Positions 43,921 to 54,576 of a stretch of DNA of 64,000 nucleotides are shown here, one piece after another (positions within the stretch are counted from its first letter, which is position 1; every line of letters starts with the position of its first letter). Below the pieces are notes generated by a model. It did no database searches, was not told the DNA's origin, and worked only from the letters and a program-made list of their open reading frames with translations. Position numbers and translations under genes: made by a program. This DNA is from an uncultured Nitrososphaeraceae archaeon (GTDB taxonomy: Archaea > Thermoproteota > Nitrososphaeria > Nitrososphaerales > Nitrososphaeraceae), in assembly GCA_963779615.1 (NCBI GenBank), contig CAVZZA010000001.1, positions 1 through 64,000 on the forward strand, written 5' to 3'.

Positions 43921-44082
43921 GCCCGAATTCATATCGACATAAAGACATCTTTTGTTTACAAAGAGACAGGATTAGAGGGCCTTTCTGAAGTATCAAGAAT
44001 CTGCAGGATACCTTTACAATTGCTTCAAGGGACACTCATCAATCAATTGCTTATTCTAACAGTTTTAAGGATTTTGGCTTAA
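43921..44082 (+). pseudogene. internal fragment of a family B DNA polymerase (PolB2 type)
   Basis: RIHIDIKTSFVYKETGLEGLSEVSRICRIPLQ followed by a frameshifted ASRD, matching the remembered PolB2 RIHID...GL.GL.E.SR...PLQ..SR segment. Confidence 0.62.
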
Positions 44083-44471
44083 TTGCAAAAGATTTTTCAT
44101 AAAGAGCAAGTTATGCAGAATGACAATGATAAAAAAAAATCAAATCTAAACATAGAGCCTTTTACCTACCATCCATAGGTTACAAAATATAAAATGCGTA
44201 ATTCATTATTAAAAAAGCTTTAAATTCTTTTTACCATAGTAAGTAGAGTCTTTTTAATTGTGATCGGTGATGATCATCATTATTTTTCCCAAATTACAAC
44301 AGATTGGATAATTGAATTCATTAAGTTTACTGAAGCACAATAATAGTATCAGAGCAATGGCAAAATAAAAATCAATAAATCCCAATTTATTTTATAACGG
44401 TAATTATTTATCGCGAACAAAAATAAGAAATTTTTGTTGCATTAAGAAAAACAGCATATGGTGTCATGATT

Positions 44472-45374
44472 TTAACCACCACTAGTAGTAGTAGCAGAAA
44501 GGAATTTCCTTGCTTTTTTTAACACCGATATTTCATTTTCTGTTAATGGGTTTTTACTCAACAGTTCCTTAAATTGTAGGGCATTAACAATTGCTTTACC
44601 GCCATAATGGTTATTGAAATATACAAAAACAGAATCTGCTTGTTCTTTTATTTTTTTAATCTTATTCACCCATGGAATTAGTTCACTCTCAGAATACAAA
44701 TAATCATACCAATAATGATCTCTATTGTTGTTTCTTCCATGCAATCTTATTGCAGCATGTGTATTTGTTGCAATATTATTTTCATCAGATAAAAATCCCA
44801 GGTTTTCTTTGGATGGTGAATCGGTTAATACGGATGCGATATCATAGTGACGCAACATTTCAAATGTTCCTTCAGTATTCCAGGAAGGGTGTCTGAATTC
44901 TATTGAATAACGGTTACTTTTAATGTTCTCATCCTCTACACATAACCTATCCAAAAATTTTTCAGTTTTTTCAAACTCCTTGATTGTGAAGCTTGGCGGT
45001 AACTGAATAATGATTGTTCCTAATTTATTGGTGTGTTTAAGAGGTGATATCTTGTCCAAAAATGTTAGGAATTCAGGAATTACATTTTTATCGAGATCCA
45101 ATCTTTTCTCATGAGTAATTATCTCCGGAACTTTAACCGAAAATTTAAAATTATCAGGCGTTGCCTTGGTTAGGCCTATAAACAGCCCTTGGTTCAGGCT
45201 AAGGTAAAACTCTTTATAAAAAGTGGAATCCATTTCGACAGTGTTAAAAAACTGTGAATAGTACCTCAATTTCTTGGTTTTCTTATCAGGATAAAATACA
45301 TTTAACCATCCACCTTTATCTTGTGAATCATTATAGCTCCATCCAGAACACCCTATTAAAATGCTGGAAGTCAA
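44472..45374 (-). CDS. DUF72 (YecE-like) protein
   Basis: IGCSGWSY, NTVEMDSTFY, FSVKVP..ITH, QLPPSF, EFRH.SW, RLHGRN, YFNNH. Confidence 0.93.
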   Translation of the reverse strand: MTSSILIGCSGWSYNDSQDKGGWLNVFYPDKKTKKLRYYSQFFNTVEMDSTFYKEFYLSLNQGLFIGLTKATPDNFKFSVKVPEIITHEKRLDLDKNVIPEFLTFLDKISPLKHTNKLGTIIIQLPPSFTIKEFEKTEKFLDRLCVEDENIKSNRYSIEFRHPSWNTEGTFEMLRHYDIASVLTDSPSKENLGFLSDENNIATNTHAAIRLHGRNNNRDHYWYDYLYSESELIPWVNKIKKIKEQADSVFVYFNNHYGGKAIVNALQFKELLSKNPLTENEISVLKKARKFLSATTTSGG

Positions 45375-45425
45375 TTTAATTCACCATTAAATAATTTTAC
45401 ATATGCTATTAATCTATAATAATTA

Positions 45426-45992
45426 ATGGAACTACCATGGAATGATCCGCGATCGAACAAATTTGTAACTACTGTGGGCCTAATTACATCAGCAGGGCTT
45501 GATGGCCCTAACATAATGGCCTGCGAATGGACCCATCATATTTCATACAAGCCCGGGTTAATAGCTATTTCTTTAGGCCACACAAAGGATACGGTTAAAA
45601 ATATACGAAATACAAAGGAATTTGGCATAAATCTTTGTGCTGCAGACCAATCCATTCTCTCCAGCATTTCAGGTGGGTACAGCGGGAGCAAATATGACAA
45701 GGTTGAGGCATTAAAGGAACTGGGATTTGAATTCTACAAGGCAAGTAAAATTAAGGCATTAATGGTTAAAGGAGCCTCATTAAATGCAGAATGCCAACTA
45801 TTTCAAGAGATGTCTTTTGGAGACCATGTCATGTTTATTGGAGAAGTAATTGATGCAGTACACAATCCTGAAAAACAGCCATTAGTTTATCATGATGGAA
45901 AATACTGGTCATTGGTATCAGCAATGAAGCCTAAACCAGAGGAGAGAGAAAGGATAAGAAAAGTTGTAGAAAAGCATAAGAAAAGCAAATAA
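45426..45992 (+). CDS. flavin reductase family protein
   Basis: NIMACEW, T..NI..TKEFGIN, GDHVMFIGEV. Confidence 0.88.
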   Translation: MELPWNDPRSNKFVTTVGLITSAGLDGPNIMACEWTHHISYKPGLIAISLGHTKDTVKNIRNTKEFGINLCAADQSILSSISGGYSGSKYDKVEALKELGFEFYKASKIKALMVKGASLNAECQLFQEMSFGDHVMFIGEVIDAVHNPEKQPLVYHDGKYWSLVSAMKPKPEERERIRKVVEKHKKSK

Positions 45993-46385
45993 TATGGTAC
46001 CCATCAACAGCACAGCAGACCATAAAAATAAAACACTATAAATCATAAATCTTAAAAAATCCATTTTTATAAGCATTTAAAATAATATTGTAAGTTTAGT
46101 TTAAATAATTCACACACCATTAGTGGCAGTTACGATATAACACCCATTCATTGGTATATTAAGACATCTTTCACTATAAAAAATTATTTGCAGGATTTAG
46201 GCATTTAGTACAGGTTCCATGTGATTTTTAGTGAAAACTGTGACAAATAAAAAATGATATGTTCAACCCTTTTTTTATTTTTTTTCAAAATAGATAGGGT
46301 AAGTTCTATGTAATAAAGGGAAAAAAGTAACAGTTCAAGCTAAAAATAAACTATTGTATGGATAGTAGCACATGCAATTAACAGT

Positions 46386-46736
46386 TCATATTTTTTTTAG
46401 AGAGGTTTTTTCCCTTAAAGCCAAGAACCCCGCTATTACAAAAAGAATCAGTCCAGGAATTGCAAAAAAATGCAGTACAAGAAAAAGAGCCCCACCACAT
46501 GCCATCAACGATACGCCAGCAATTTTGGTATTTTTTATTTTAAATGCAGCTACAATCGCGCCAATATTAATTGCGATTGTTATGAAAGCGCCTATTAACG
46601 CACTACCAAGTACTAACGCCAAAAGGGGGATTCCAATAATACTATTAACAAAAAAGTATAAAAAAAGTCCAAAAACGGGAATCACACTTCCGAGAATAGC
46701 AGTCACAAGGGTTAATTTTTGATAGTTCCTCATCAA
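46386..46736 (-). CDS. small multi-pass membrane protein
   Basis: Three to four hydrophobic segments in 116 aa. Confidence 0.7.
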   Translation of the reverse strand: MMRNYQKLTLVTAILGSVIPVFGLFLYFFVNSIIGIPLLALVLGSALIGAFITIAINIGAIVAAFKIKNTKIAGVSLMACGGALFLVLHFFAIPGLILFVIAGFLALREKTSLKKI

Positions 46737-47156
46737 TAGTATAAATATAATAATAACTTAATAATGTAGACAATGATTTTTGCATTTACTATAAACATAA
46801 ACCTCATGTCAACATTTTAAACAAAGGCAATTTTATGATAAGCATGTTTATACTTTTTATCAAAACACAAAATAAAGGTAAATGATGGTTCAGCAGATGT
46901 CGGATAGAAGATACCCTATTTTACAACTATGTTAATAATCATTGATGTTATTTTGTTAATATAGGTTAAATTAGCCATTCTTTGATGATTATAAATTGAA
47001 AAGTTATTGATATAAACCCATATTTTGTTTCCCATTTTGTTAAAATAATATGATTCCCAAAATATTACTACGAATATTATAAAATTGTTGAGATATTTTT
47101 TTTCAATGGTTAGGGAATAATAGCTGTTATAAACTATTTTTTCATATATAATATGT

Positions 47157-47864
47157 ATGAGTAATTCTGATGATAACAAGGACAATTTTGATTGGAAAGA
47201 CAACAGCATTGAATGGAGTAAAATTATAAAAAAAGAGGCAAGAGGGTATGAAAAGGGGGATGACCTGGGAGAGGTTCAAGACATTGGGCAGGAATTTGTT
47301 GTTACAGAGAGGGGACGAGTATTAAAACACAAGTTTTACCTACCAAAGCACTTGGTAAAAGGATATGATGGAGACACCCTATGGTTCAATATTACAGAAG
47401 AGGATGCAGAAGATAATTTCAAAAAAGATCATCCACCAAAAGAAGGAGAATATTCAAGATATAAATCCGCCTCGGTAACCCAACAATATAATGATTCTTC
47501 ATCTACTTCAGAATCTGGCGATAATCCTAGCAAGTCTCAATCAAGTTATAGTTTAGAAGATCGCTTACCGTTGATGGAAAAACAGAATAGAGTCAATGAT
47601 ACCAGCAAAGGGGAATCATCGTCATTCAATTCGGTCATAGAAGACTGGGATTCAATCATCCATAAGGGGGTCAGAACCAAAGATATGCAATCAGTGGGCA
47701 ATGTAACCGCTGTGACTGAATCATCAATAATTATAACTTCTGAGGGCGCAAAAGAAGAATATAACGTTCCAAAAGAGGAAGTAGAAAGTTATAATGGTTC
47801 GGAGGTTACCCTTAACGCAACAAATGACAGGTTAAGTCACTTTAAGGTAAAAATTTCCAGGTGA
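47157..47864 (+). CDS. protein with two PRC-barrel-like repeats
   Basis: IEWSKIIKKEARG..DLGEVQ..FYLPK..V.GYDG and DWDSIIHKGVRT..VGNV..YNVPK..V.SYNG. Confidence 0.72.
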   Translation: MSNSDDNKDNFDWKDNSIEWSKIIKKEARGYEKGDDLGEVQDIGQEFVVTERGRVLKHKFYLPKHLVKGYDGDTLWFNITEEDAEDNFKKDHPPKEGEYSRYKSASVTQQYNDSSSTSESGDNPSKSQSSYSLEDRLPLMEKQNRVNDTSKGESSSFNSVIEDWDSIIHKGVRTKDMQSVGNVTAVTESSIIITSEGAKEEYNVPKEEVESYNGSEVTLNATNDRLSHFKVKISR

Positions 47865-48258
47865 TTTCTATCTTTTTTATTTATATAGGTTTCCTTTGAA
47901 TATTTGGACATGGGTTTTATTATTTTAATTTAATCCCATAACAAATAAAACAGCCAAAACAGTCATGACGTTTCGGTGGAAAATATGAACACCATCCAAA
48001 TACCGGGACGAGTAATTTATCACAATGAATTTTGATTATCATTTCATAAGTGATACACCATAAATAACGATATCAAAATCGTGGAAAGATCAGACATGGC
48101 CCGACTTTTCAAAAGTAAAGTCAGTAATTTCACAAAATATAAAATAATGACAAGAATAGAATATGACTATTATAAGAAATTGCACAAATGTATAATTTCA
48201 ATTTAATATAAAATTCTAATAATGTGGTATTTTAGAACAATCGTCTAAAAGAGATAAA

Positions 48259-49776
48259 GTGTACAATAGACAGATAGATACATTGAACGACAGATTTGAG
48301 AGAATCAAAGTCAATCAGTTGCAAAAGCGAGAGCTAAACTCAAACATACGCAATAACAATAAGCATAGCAACAAAAAAACTACTACTTTATCTACAAATA
48401 ATTATCAACACAATCAGCAGCAGCATCAACCCTCTTTATCCCGAACCTCTAAGATACAAATGTTTCGTAAAATAAGCCAAACAAAAATGCTGATAATGCC
48501 ACTGGCAATATTGTTACTTTCAAGCACAATTGTTATGGCAGCTTCAAATCTTGTGTTACCGTCAACGGCATACGCCATATCATTTGGAAGCACAAAGAAT
48601 TTAAGCAGTAACGATGGTGATTCACTTGACCCCCGAATAGAGGCGTCTGGCAATAATGTGTATACGGTATGGAGTGATTCAGGTGGAGTGGATGCCGATA
48701 TATTATTTAAAAGAAGCATTACCAGTGGAGACAGCTTTCAAGGTACCAAGGATTTAAGTGATGAAGATGGTGATGCGGAGGATCAAAGCATCGTAAAGGA
48801 AGGAAATAATGTGTATGTGGTATGGTCAGAGGATGGCGACGTATTCTTTAAAAGAAGCACCAATAATGGGGCAAGCTTTGGAGATACTATAAACCTAAGT
48901 GACGATAGTCATTTTTCCCACCTTCCGCAAATTGCTGTAACCGGCAACAACGTGTACATAGTGTGGGATGATGTGACAGTTGTTAATGGAGTGGATGAAT
49001 CTCAACTCCTCTTTAAAAGAAGCACCAATAATGGGGCAAGCTTTGGAGGTACAAAAATAATAACAGACATAGTTGAAACATTCAGGCCAAGGATAGCTGC
49101 TTCAGGAGACAATGTGTATATAGCTTTTACAGACGGAAGCGAAGATAATATGGAGTTAGCATTTACAAGAAGTACAAATGGAGGAAACAGCTTTAGCAAT
49201 GCCATAAGCATAAACAACAATGATGAAAATTCAGTTATTGGGGACATAGCAGCAGTAGGAAAGAATGTATACATTACATGGAAAGATGAAAGTTTGCCTA
49301 ACCAGCCATCACACGCTTTTTTTATAAGAAGTACAAACAATGGACAAAGCTTTGATAATATCAAAGATCTTGGATCTTCAAGCTCAGCACCTCAACTTGA
49401 TACAGTTTCAAGCAATGTTTATGTTGTATGGGCAAACGATGATGAAAACATAGCATTCAGGGCAAGTACAAATAATGGGGCAAGCTTTGGAAGCACAAAG
49501 ATATTAAGCAGTGATGGCAACTCATCAGATCCCCAGATATCCTCTTTGGGAAATGCGGTACGTATTGTTTGGGAAGGCGGTACCCCAAATTCTGATGTAT
49601 TCTTCAGGGCAAGCGGAAATGAGGGAAGTTCTTTTGGCAGCACAAAGAATCTAAGCAATAATGACGGCGATTCATCAAATCCTCAGATTATTTCATCGGG
49701 AGGCAAGATTTATGCAGTATGGCAGGACGATACACCTGGAAACTTTGACATATTCTTCAAGAAAGGGGTAGATTAA
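48259..49776 (+). CDS. secreted Asp-box/BNR (sialidase-like) repeat protein; start possibly ATG 48460
   Basis: Repeated NVYVVW...FKRSTNNGASFG...NLS units after a signal-like segment. Confidence 0.88.
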   Translation: MYNRQIDTLNDRFERIKVNQLQKRELNSNIRNNNKHSNKKTTTLSTNNYQHNQQQHQPSLSRTSKIQMFRKISQTKMLIMPLAILLLSSTIVMAASNLVLPSTAYAISFGSTKNLSSNDGDSLDPRIEASGNNVYTVWSDSGGVDADILFKRSITSGDSFQGTKDLSDEDGDAEDQSIVKEGNNVYVVWSEDGDVFFKRSTNNGASFGDTINLSDDSHFSHLPQIAVTGNNVYIVWDDVTVVNGVDESQLLFKRSTNNGASFGGTKIITDIVETFRPRIAASGDNVYIAFTDGSEDNMELAFTRSTNGGNSFSNAISINNNDENSVIGDIAAVGKNVYITWKDESLPNQPSHAFFIRSTNNGQSFDNIKDLGSSSSAPQLDTVSSNVYVVWANDDENIAFRASTNNGASFGSTKILSSDGNSSDPQISSLGNAVRIVWEGGTPNSDVFFRASGNEGSSFGSTKNLSNNDGDSSNPQIISSGGKIYAVWQDDTPGNFDIFFKKGVD

Positions 49777-50037
49777 AAAACTTCAAACCACACTTGCTTT
49801 TTTCAATTATTTTTTACTAAACTAATCAAAATTGTGAATTGCTATGTACATACAACATTTTTTTTATAGATTTCTAGGGTTACTAATTGTGCAGGACGCT
49901 AAACAACCTATAGATGATTCTTTTGAGATGGATTATTATGTAATTGCAGTATTTTTTTTAGCACCTATCAAATCAATTCCCTTAATGATTGTCAATTTGT
50001 GTAAAAAAAATTTAGTTGCTTACTTTGCTATATTCTT

Positions 50038-50931
50038 TTATGTTTTTGATGGGTTTTGTAGCTCCCGTGTCAGCCTCATCAGCTCAGAGTCAAGCCCCGA
50101 TGCGAACTCCTGCGGGGCGTCCGGAAGAATGGGTATGTCAACACCCTCAGGGAATCCCTCAATCACCTCCAGTGTTCCACCGTCATCAAACGGGGAGTCC
50201 CCCTTAAAGATTGTGTCAAGCAGGGACGTTTCTCCCTTGTTTGCGAATGTCCACATTTGGTTGTGCAGGTTCTTTCTCTCCAAGTCCTTTACCTCCGGCA
50301 TTTTGGACGTGTCAAGCCTTGGGACGGGCAGTGCCTTGCCCCAATTCACACCCAGTGCCTCCAGGGCCTTTGCAAAAACCTTTTCATGAACCAAATCCCT
50401 CACAATCAGGTATGATACGGTTGACCTGAATGCCTTGTCGTTGCTCATCTGGTACAGCCTGCATTTTTGCAGCCTGCCTGTGGACTCGAGCATGAGGTTG
50501 TAAAGCATGTTAAGCACAAGGTTTCCGCTGTCGTACACGTATGTGGCCGACCATGGGTTTCCGGCCGCATCCACAGGCCTGGCGCTCTGACCCGCAACCA
50601 AAAAGTGGTGTATGTTTGGCGAGTCAAGCGCAACTGACAATGGCAGCTCATCAGGCTCGGTTGAGTGTTCGGATGCGCCCTCAAGCAGCATGTTGATTGT
50701 GTTTGTGATCTGCTCGACATGCCCCATCTCCTCTGTGGCCATGCTCCTCAACAGGTCCTGGTAGGGTTTGGCGTCGCCCCTAAAGTTCATGTTCTGGAAA
50801 AAGTACTGCATCATGGTTCGCATTTCTCCAAACTGGCCGCCAAGCCCCTCCTGCAGCGCCTGGGCTGCCTTTGGGTTTGGGCTGTCTGCCGGTGGTATTG
50901 GATGCGGAAGTCTATTTACTGATATAAACAT
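50038..50931 (-). CDS. manganese catalase (KatN/YdbD-like)
   Basis: GGQFGE, ATEEMGHVE, NLMLE, RDLVHE Mn-ligand motifs. Confidence 0.94.
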   Translation of the reverse strand: MFISVNRLPHPIPPADSPNPKAAQALQEGLGGQFGEMRTMMQYFFQNMNFRGDAKPYQDLLRSMATEEMGHVEQITNTINMLLEGASEHSTEPDELPLSVALDSPNIHHFLVAGQSARPVDAAGNPWSATYVYDSGNLVLNMLYNLMLESTGRLQKCRLYQMSNDKAFRSTVSYLIVRDLVHEKVFAKALEALGVNWGKALPVPRLDTSKMPEVKDLERKNLHNQMWTFANKGETSLLDTIFKGDSPFDDGGTLEVIEGFPEGVDIPILPDAPQEFASGLDSELMRLTRELQNPSKT

Positions 50932-51556
50932 GAAATATATTATTTAACAAAGTATATGTTATAGCACATTTTTATTAATTTTTATTAATTTTTATTTATA
51001 ACAATTTCACTATTTACTGTATAATAAAACTATAATTTTATTTTAAAAGATTAATAAAACTCATAAAAACCGACATCAAATCCATAATATTTAATAATAA
51101 AAATTCTAATGAGTGGTTATTTCACAATGCTCAATTCCTTGCAATTTTATTATTGAGTTTCGTTTAATTTTCTTTCAAGTTATCTTATCCATACTAAAAA
51201 ATTTTTCATTGTGTTTTGGCTCTGCAAAGTTAAGGGTTTTGAAGATGGGAATGATTAATATTTTGGGGTTACTAAACAGTTATGAGAAATTTTCAGAATG
51301 AACTCAAATTACAACAATAAAACTATTTTTCTATTGGTTCAATAATGTACATTTACAGGGAAAGAAATCTCTTTCTTAACTTTACATGACCCATCTTGAC
51401 TTTTAATCTTTATAATTATGCTATACATTCATCAACCAATGAACCATTGTCAACACATTATCATTATCATGCAAGCTCCCGCACCTTCATTTGCAGGTAA
51501 TTTTGAAATATTCTTGCGGGTTTCTAGTCAATATCATTTAATGGTATAACGGTTCG

Positions 51557-54508
51557 TTGGAGAAAAAAATGTTGGAGAACTACAACAAGAAAAGAAATTT
51601 CAAATCAACTCCAGAGCCCTCTGGAACTAGCAGCACAAGTAAGGATTCGCCGCAGAATAACAAATCCGATTTCGGCAAGGCACGGTTTGTGATTCAAAAG
51701 CACGACGCCACTCGACTGCATTATGATTTCAGATTAGAGTCAAAAAAAAATAATGTACTGATATCATGGGCAGTACCCAAGGGGCCATCCACCAATTCAA
51801 AAGTAAAGAGACTGGCAATATTAACAGAGGACCATCCCACCAGCTACTTACTTTTTGAAGGCGTCATTCCTGAAGGGAATTACGGAGCTGGTTCTGTTAT
51901 AGTATGGGACACAGGAACATACTCATTGGAGGTAACTGATGGGAGAGATAGAGAGGAGGAAGATTTAGCAGATCAATTGGAAAGGGGAAAAATAAATTTT
52001 GCCTTATTTGGCCAAAAATTAAAGGGCAGGTTTTCAATAATTAAAACCACAAGAGAAAACCAATGGCTTTTAATTAAAGTAAATGATAAGCTGCCCTTTT
52101 CTCAAAACAGTCAACAAGAAGAAAATGAAACAGATTTGACCAAAAGCAGGCCAGAATCGGTTCTGAGTGGACTAACAAACGATGAGGTAAAAGGGTCAAG
52201 TGCATCCAGATCAAGTAGAGAACTAAATGACAATAGTAAAAACAATGCAGAATTAAAAAAGGATATTGAGACCAATACTAATAATGGAGATGCTATTAAC
52301 AATCACAGACCAACAATTGGCGGTGCAACTACTAATTCACTTTCCATGCATTCCTCTTTACATAACCAGGAGTTTTCAACCAATGTTGTTCATCCCATGC
52401 TAGCAACCTTAGTCGACAGGCCACCATTTAACAGCAAAGATTGGGTTTTTGAAATCAAATGGGACGGTGTAAGGTCTGTTTCATTTATTCACACCTTCAG
52501 AGAGGTATTTAAAATTCAATCAAGAAATGGAAAAACAATCACCCATAGATATCCGGAATTGGAGGAACCGCTAAAATCATCAATAAAGGAATATCAAAGT
52601 GTTGTTTTTGATGGAGAAATAGTCGTTTTAAATAAAAATGGCTATCCAGATTTTCAAAGTCATCAAAAAAGAATGAATGTTGATTTAAAGAGGGATGTTG
52701 AATCGCTGTCAAGGCAATTTCCAGCAACCTATTTCATTTTTGACATCCTTTATCTTGACGGATATGACCTGAAAACACTTCCCCTGATAGAAAGAAGGAA
52801 AATATTGGATAATTTAATAAGTAACAATAAAAGCAATCAGAGGATAAAAATATCAGAGTTTATCGAGGGTGAAGGTAACGATATCTTTGAAAGTATTAAA
52901 AGGATGAATCTGGAGGGAATGGTTGTCAAACACAAACTTAGCAGATACTATCTGGGTATCGAATCCAGTGAATGGCTAAAGATAAAGAACACCAAATCAC
53001 AGGATTGTGTAGTAATAGGATATACAAGAGGGGAAGGCAATAGAGAAAAATACTTTGGCTCCCTGCTTCTAGCGGCAAGGAGTAGCAATAAATCAGCTAA
53101 TTACAATAAATTCAAGTTTGTAGGTCATTGTGGAAGTGGTTTTAATTCTAAACAAGTTCCAATTATATACAACAATCTTAAAAATATCAAAACAGAAAAA
53201 TGCCCTATAGACTATGTGCCTTACACAAATAGAGAAACCACGTGGGTCAAACCTGCCCTTGTAGCAGAAATAAAATATGATGATTGGACAAGCGAGAAAA
53301 TCATGAGAGCACCAATATTTTTAAGATTTAGGGAGGACAAAAATCCACAAGACTGTGCCATAGAGGAAAACGAAAAAACAGTATTAGGTAATGTCATGGC
53401 CTCTGAAAAGAAAACTAGCGAAAATAAAAAAACCGAAATTCAACTGACTAAAATCAAAGACAAAGATGGTTCCAACTTCAAAGACAGAGTTTTTAACCAG
53501 ACAGTAAAACCACCTGCTCCCAAGACCTATTGCAGTTTCTCCAATCTGGACAAAATATATTGGGGTAAGACTAAAAACCATTCTTCAATCACGAAGGGAG
53601 ATTTGATTGAGTATTATGACCAAATCAGCTCGCTTATTCTTCCATACCTTAAAGATAGGCCGCTATCGCTAAATAGGTATCCAGATGGAATTGGCGGAAA
53701 GTCATTCTACCACAAAAACTGGCAAAACGAAAAACCAGAATATGTGCAAACCATTAAGGTGTATTCAAAATCAAAGGGCGAGGACATTAACTATCTTTTA
53801 TGCAATAACAAAGAAACTTTGTTGTGGCTTGCCAATCTTGGATGCATAGAAATGCATCCTTGGTACAGCAGAGTAAATAATCATTGTCTAAAAGACAGTA
53901 AAGACAGTTTTGATTCAGGCAATTGCGGATTAGATCATCCTGATTTTATAGTCTTTGACTTGGATCCCTACATTTATTCGGGTAATGAAAGCAAACATCA
54001 AGAACCCGAATATAATCTGATAGCATTTAAAGCAACAGTAGAGATAGCTTGTTGTTTAAAAGAGATCTTTGACAAATTAAATATAAAATCATTTGTAAAG
54101 ACCTCAGGAAAGACCGGACTCCACATATTTATTCCAATAGTCAATTTATACACATATGAGCAAACCAGATCTTTTGCTCAGGTTATAGGTAGGGTTTTAG
54201 CAAAGCGCTTGCCAGGCAAAATTACAACGGCATGGAATACTTTATATCGAAAAGGGAAAGTGTTCTTTGATTATAATCAAAACGCCCAAGGAAAAACAAT
54301 AGCTTCCATCTTCTCTCCAAGGCCTGTTGAGTCAGCCACTGTGTCCATGCCGCTAGAGTGGAATGATTTGTCACAGATAATCCCTACAGATTTTACTATC
54401 GCCAACGTAGTAGATATCTCTAAAAAAACAAAAGATCCATGGAAAAATGCTCTCACTGAAAAACAAGACCTTGTTAAAATCCTTGACAACATATCACAAA
54501 TCCCATAA
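51557..54508 (+). CDS. ligD: three-domain NHEJ DNA ligase D (3'-phosphoesterase - ATP-dependent ligase - primase/polymerase)
   Basis: PE: QKHDATRLHYDFRLE, SWAVPKGP. LIG: EIKWDG, DGEI, FDIL, EGMVVK, WLKIK. POL: RYPDGI, FDLDP, KTSGKTGLH, FDYNQN. Confidence 0.96.
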   Translation: MEKKMLENYNKKRNFKSTPEPSGTSSTSKDSPQNNKSDFGKARFVIQKHDATRLHYDFRLESKKNNVLISWAVPKGPSTNSKVKRLAILTEDHPTSYLLFEGVIPEGNYGAGSVIVWDTGTYSLEVTDGRDREEEDLADQLERGKINFALFGQKLKGRFSIIKTTRENQWLLIKVNDKLPFSQNSQQEENETDLTKSRPESVLSGLTNDEVKGSSASRSSRELNDNSKNNAELKKDIETNTNNGDAINNHRPTIGGATTNSLSMHSSLHNQEFSTNVVHPMLATLVDRPPFNSKDWVFEIKWDGVRSVSFIHTFREVFKIQSRNGKTITHRYPELEEPLKSSIKEYQSVVFDGEIVVLNKNGYPDFQSHQKRMNVDLKRDVESLSRQFPATYFIFDILYLDGYDLKTLPLIERRKILDNLISNNKSNQRIKISEFIEGEGNDIFESIKRMNLEGMVVKHKLSRYYLGIESSEWLKIKNTKSQDCVVIGYTRGEGNREKYFGSLLLAARSSNKSANYNKFKFVGHCGSGFNSKQVPIIYNNLKNIKTEKCPIDYVPYTNRETTWVKPALVAEIKYDDWTSEKIMRAPIFLRFREDKNPQDCAIEENEKTVLGNVMASEKKTSENKKTEIQLTKIKDKDGSNFKDRVFNQTVKPPAPKTYCSFSNLDKIYWGKTKNHSSITKGDLIEYYDQISSLILPYLKDRPLSLNRYPDGIGGKSFYHKNWQNEKPEYVQTIKVYSKSKGEDINYLLCNNKETLLWLANLGCIEMHPWYSRVNNHCLKDSKDSFDSGNCGLDHPDFIVFDLDPYIYSGNESKHQEPEYNLIAFKATVEIACCLKEIFDKLNIKSFVKTSGKTGLHIFIPIVNLYTYEQTRSFAQVIGRVLAKRLPGKITTAWNTLYRKGKVFFDYNQNAQGKTIASIFSPRPVESATVSMPLEWNDLSQIIPTDFTIANVVDISKKTKDPWKNALTEKQDLVKILDNISQIP

Positions 54509-54576
54509 AATAAAACTTTAACATACAAAGTCAAATTATTGCAAATCAAAAGAATCTCCACGCTATAAAAAATATT

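Noticed and set aside
50968-50997. ATTTTTATTA repeats upstream of Mn catalase, and a shared promoter motif for the stress genes
   Set aside because: Indistinguishable from AT-rich background by eye; no convincing common motif found.
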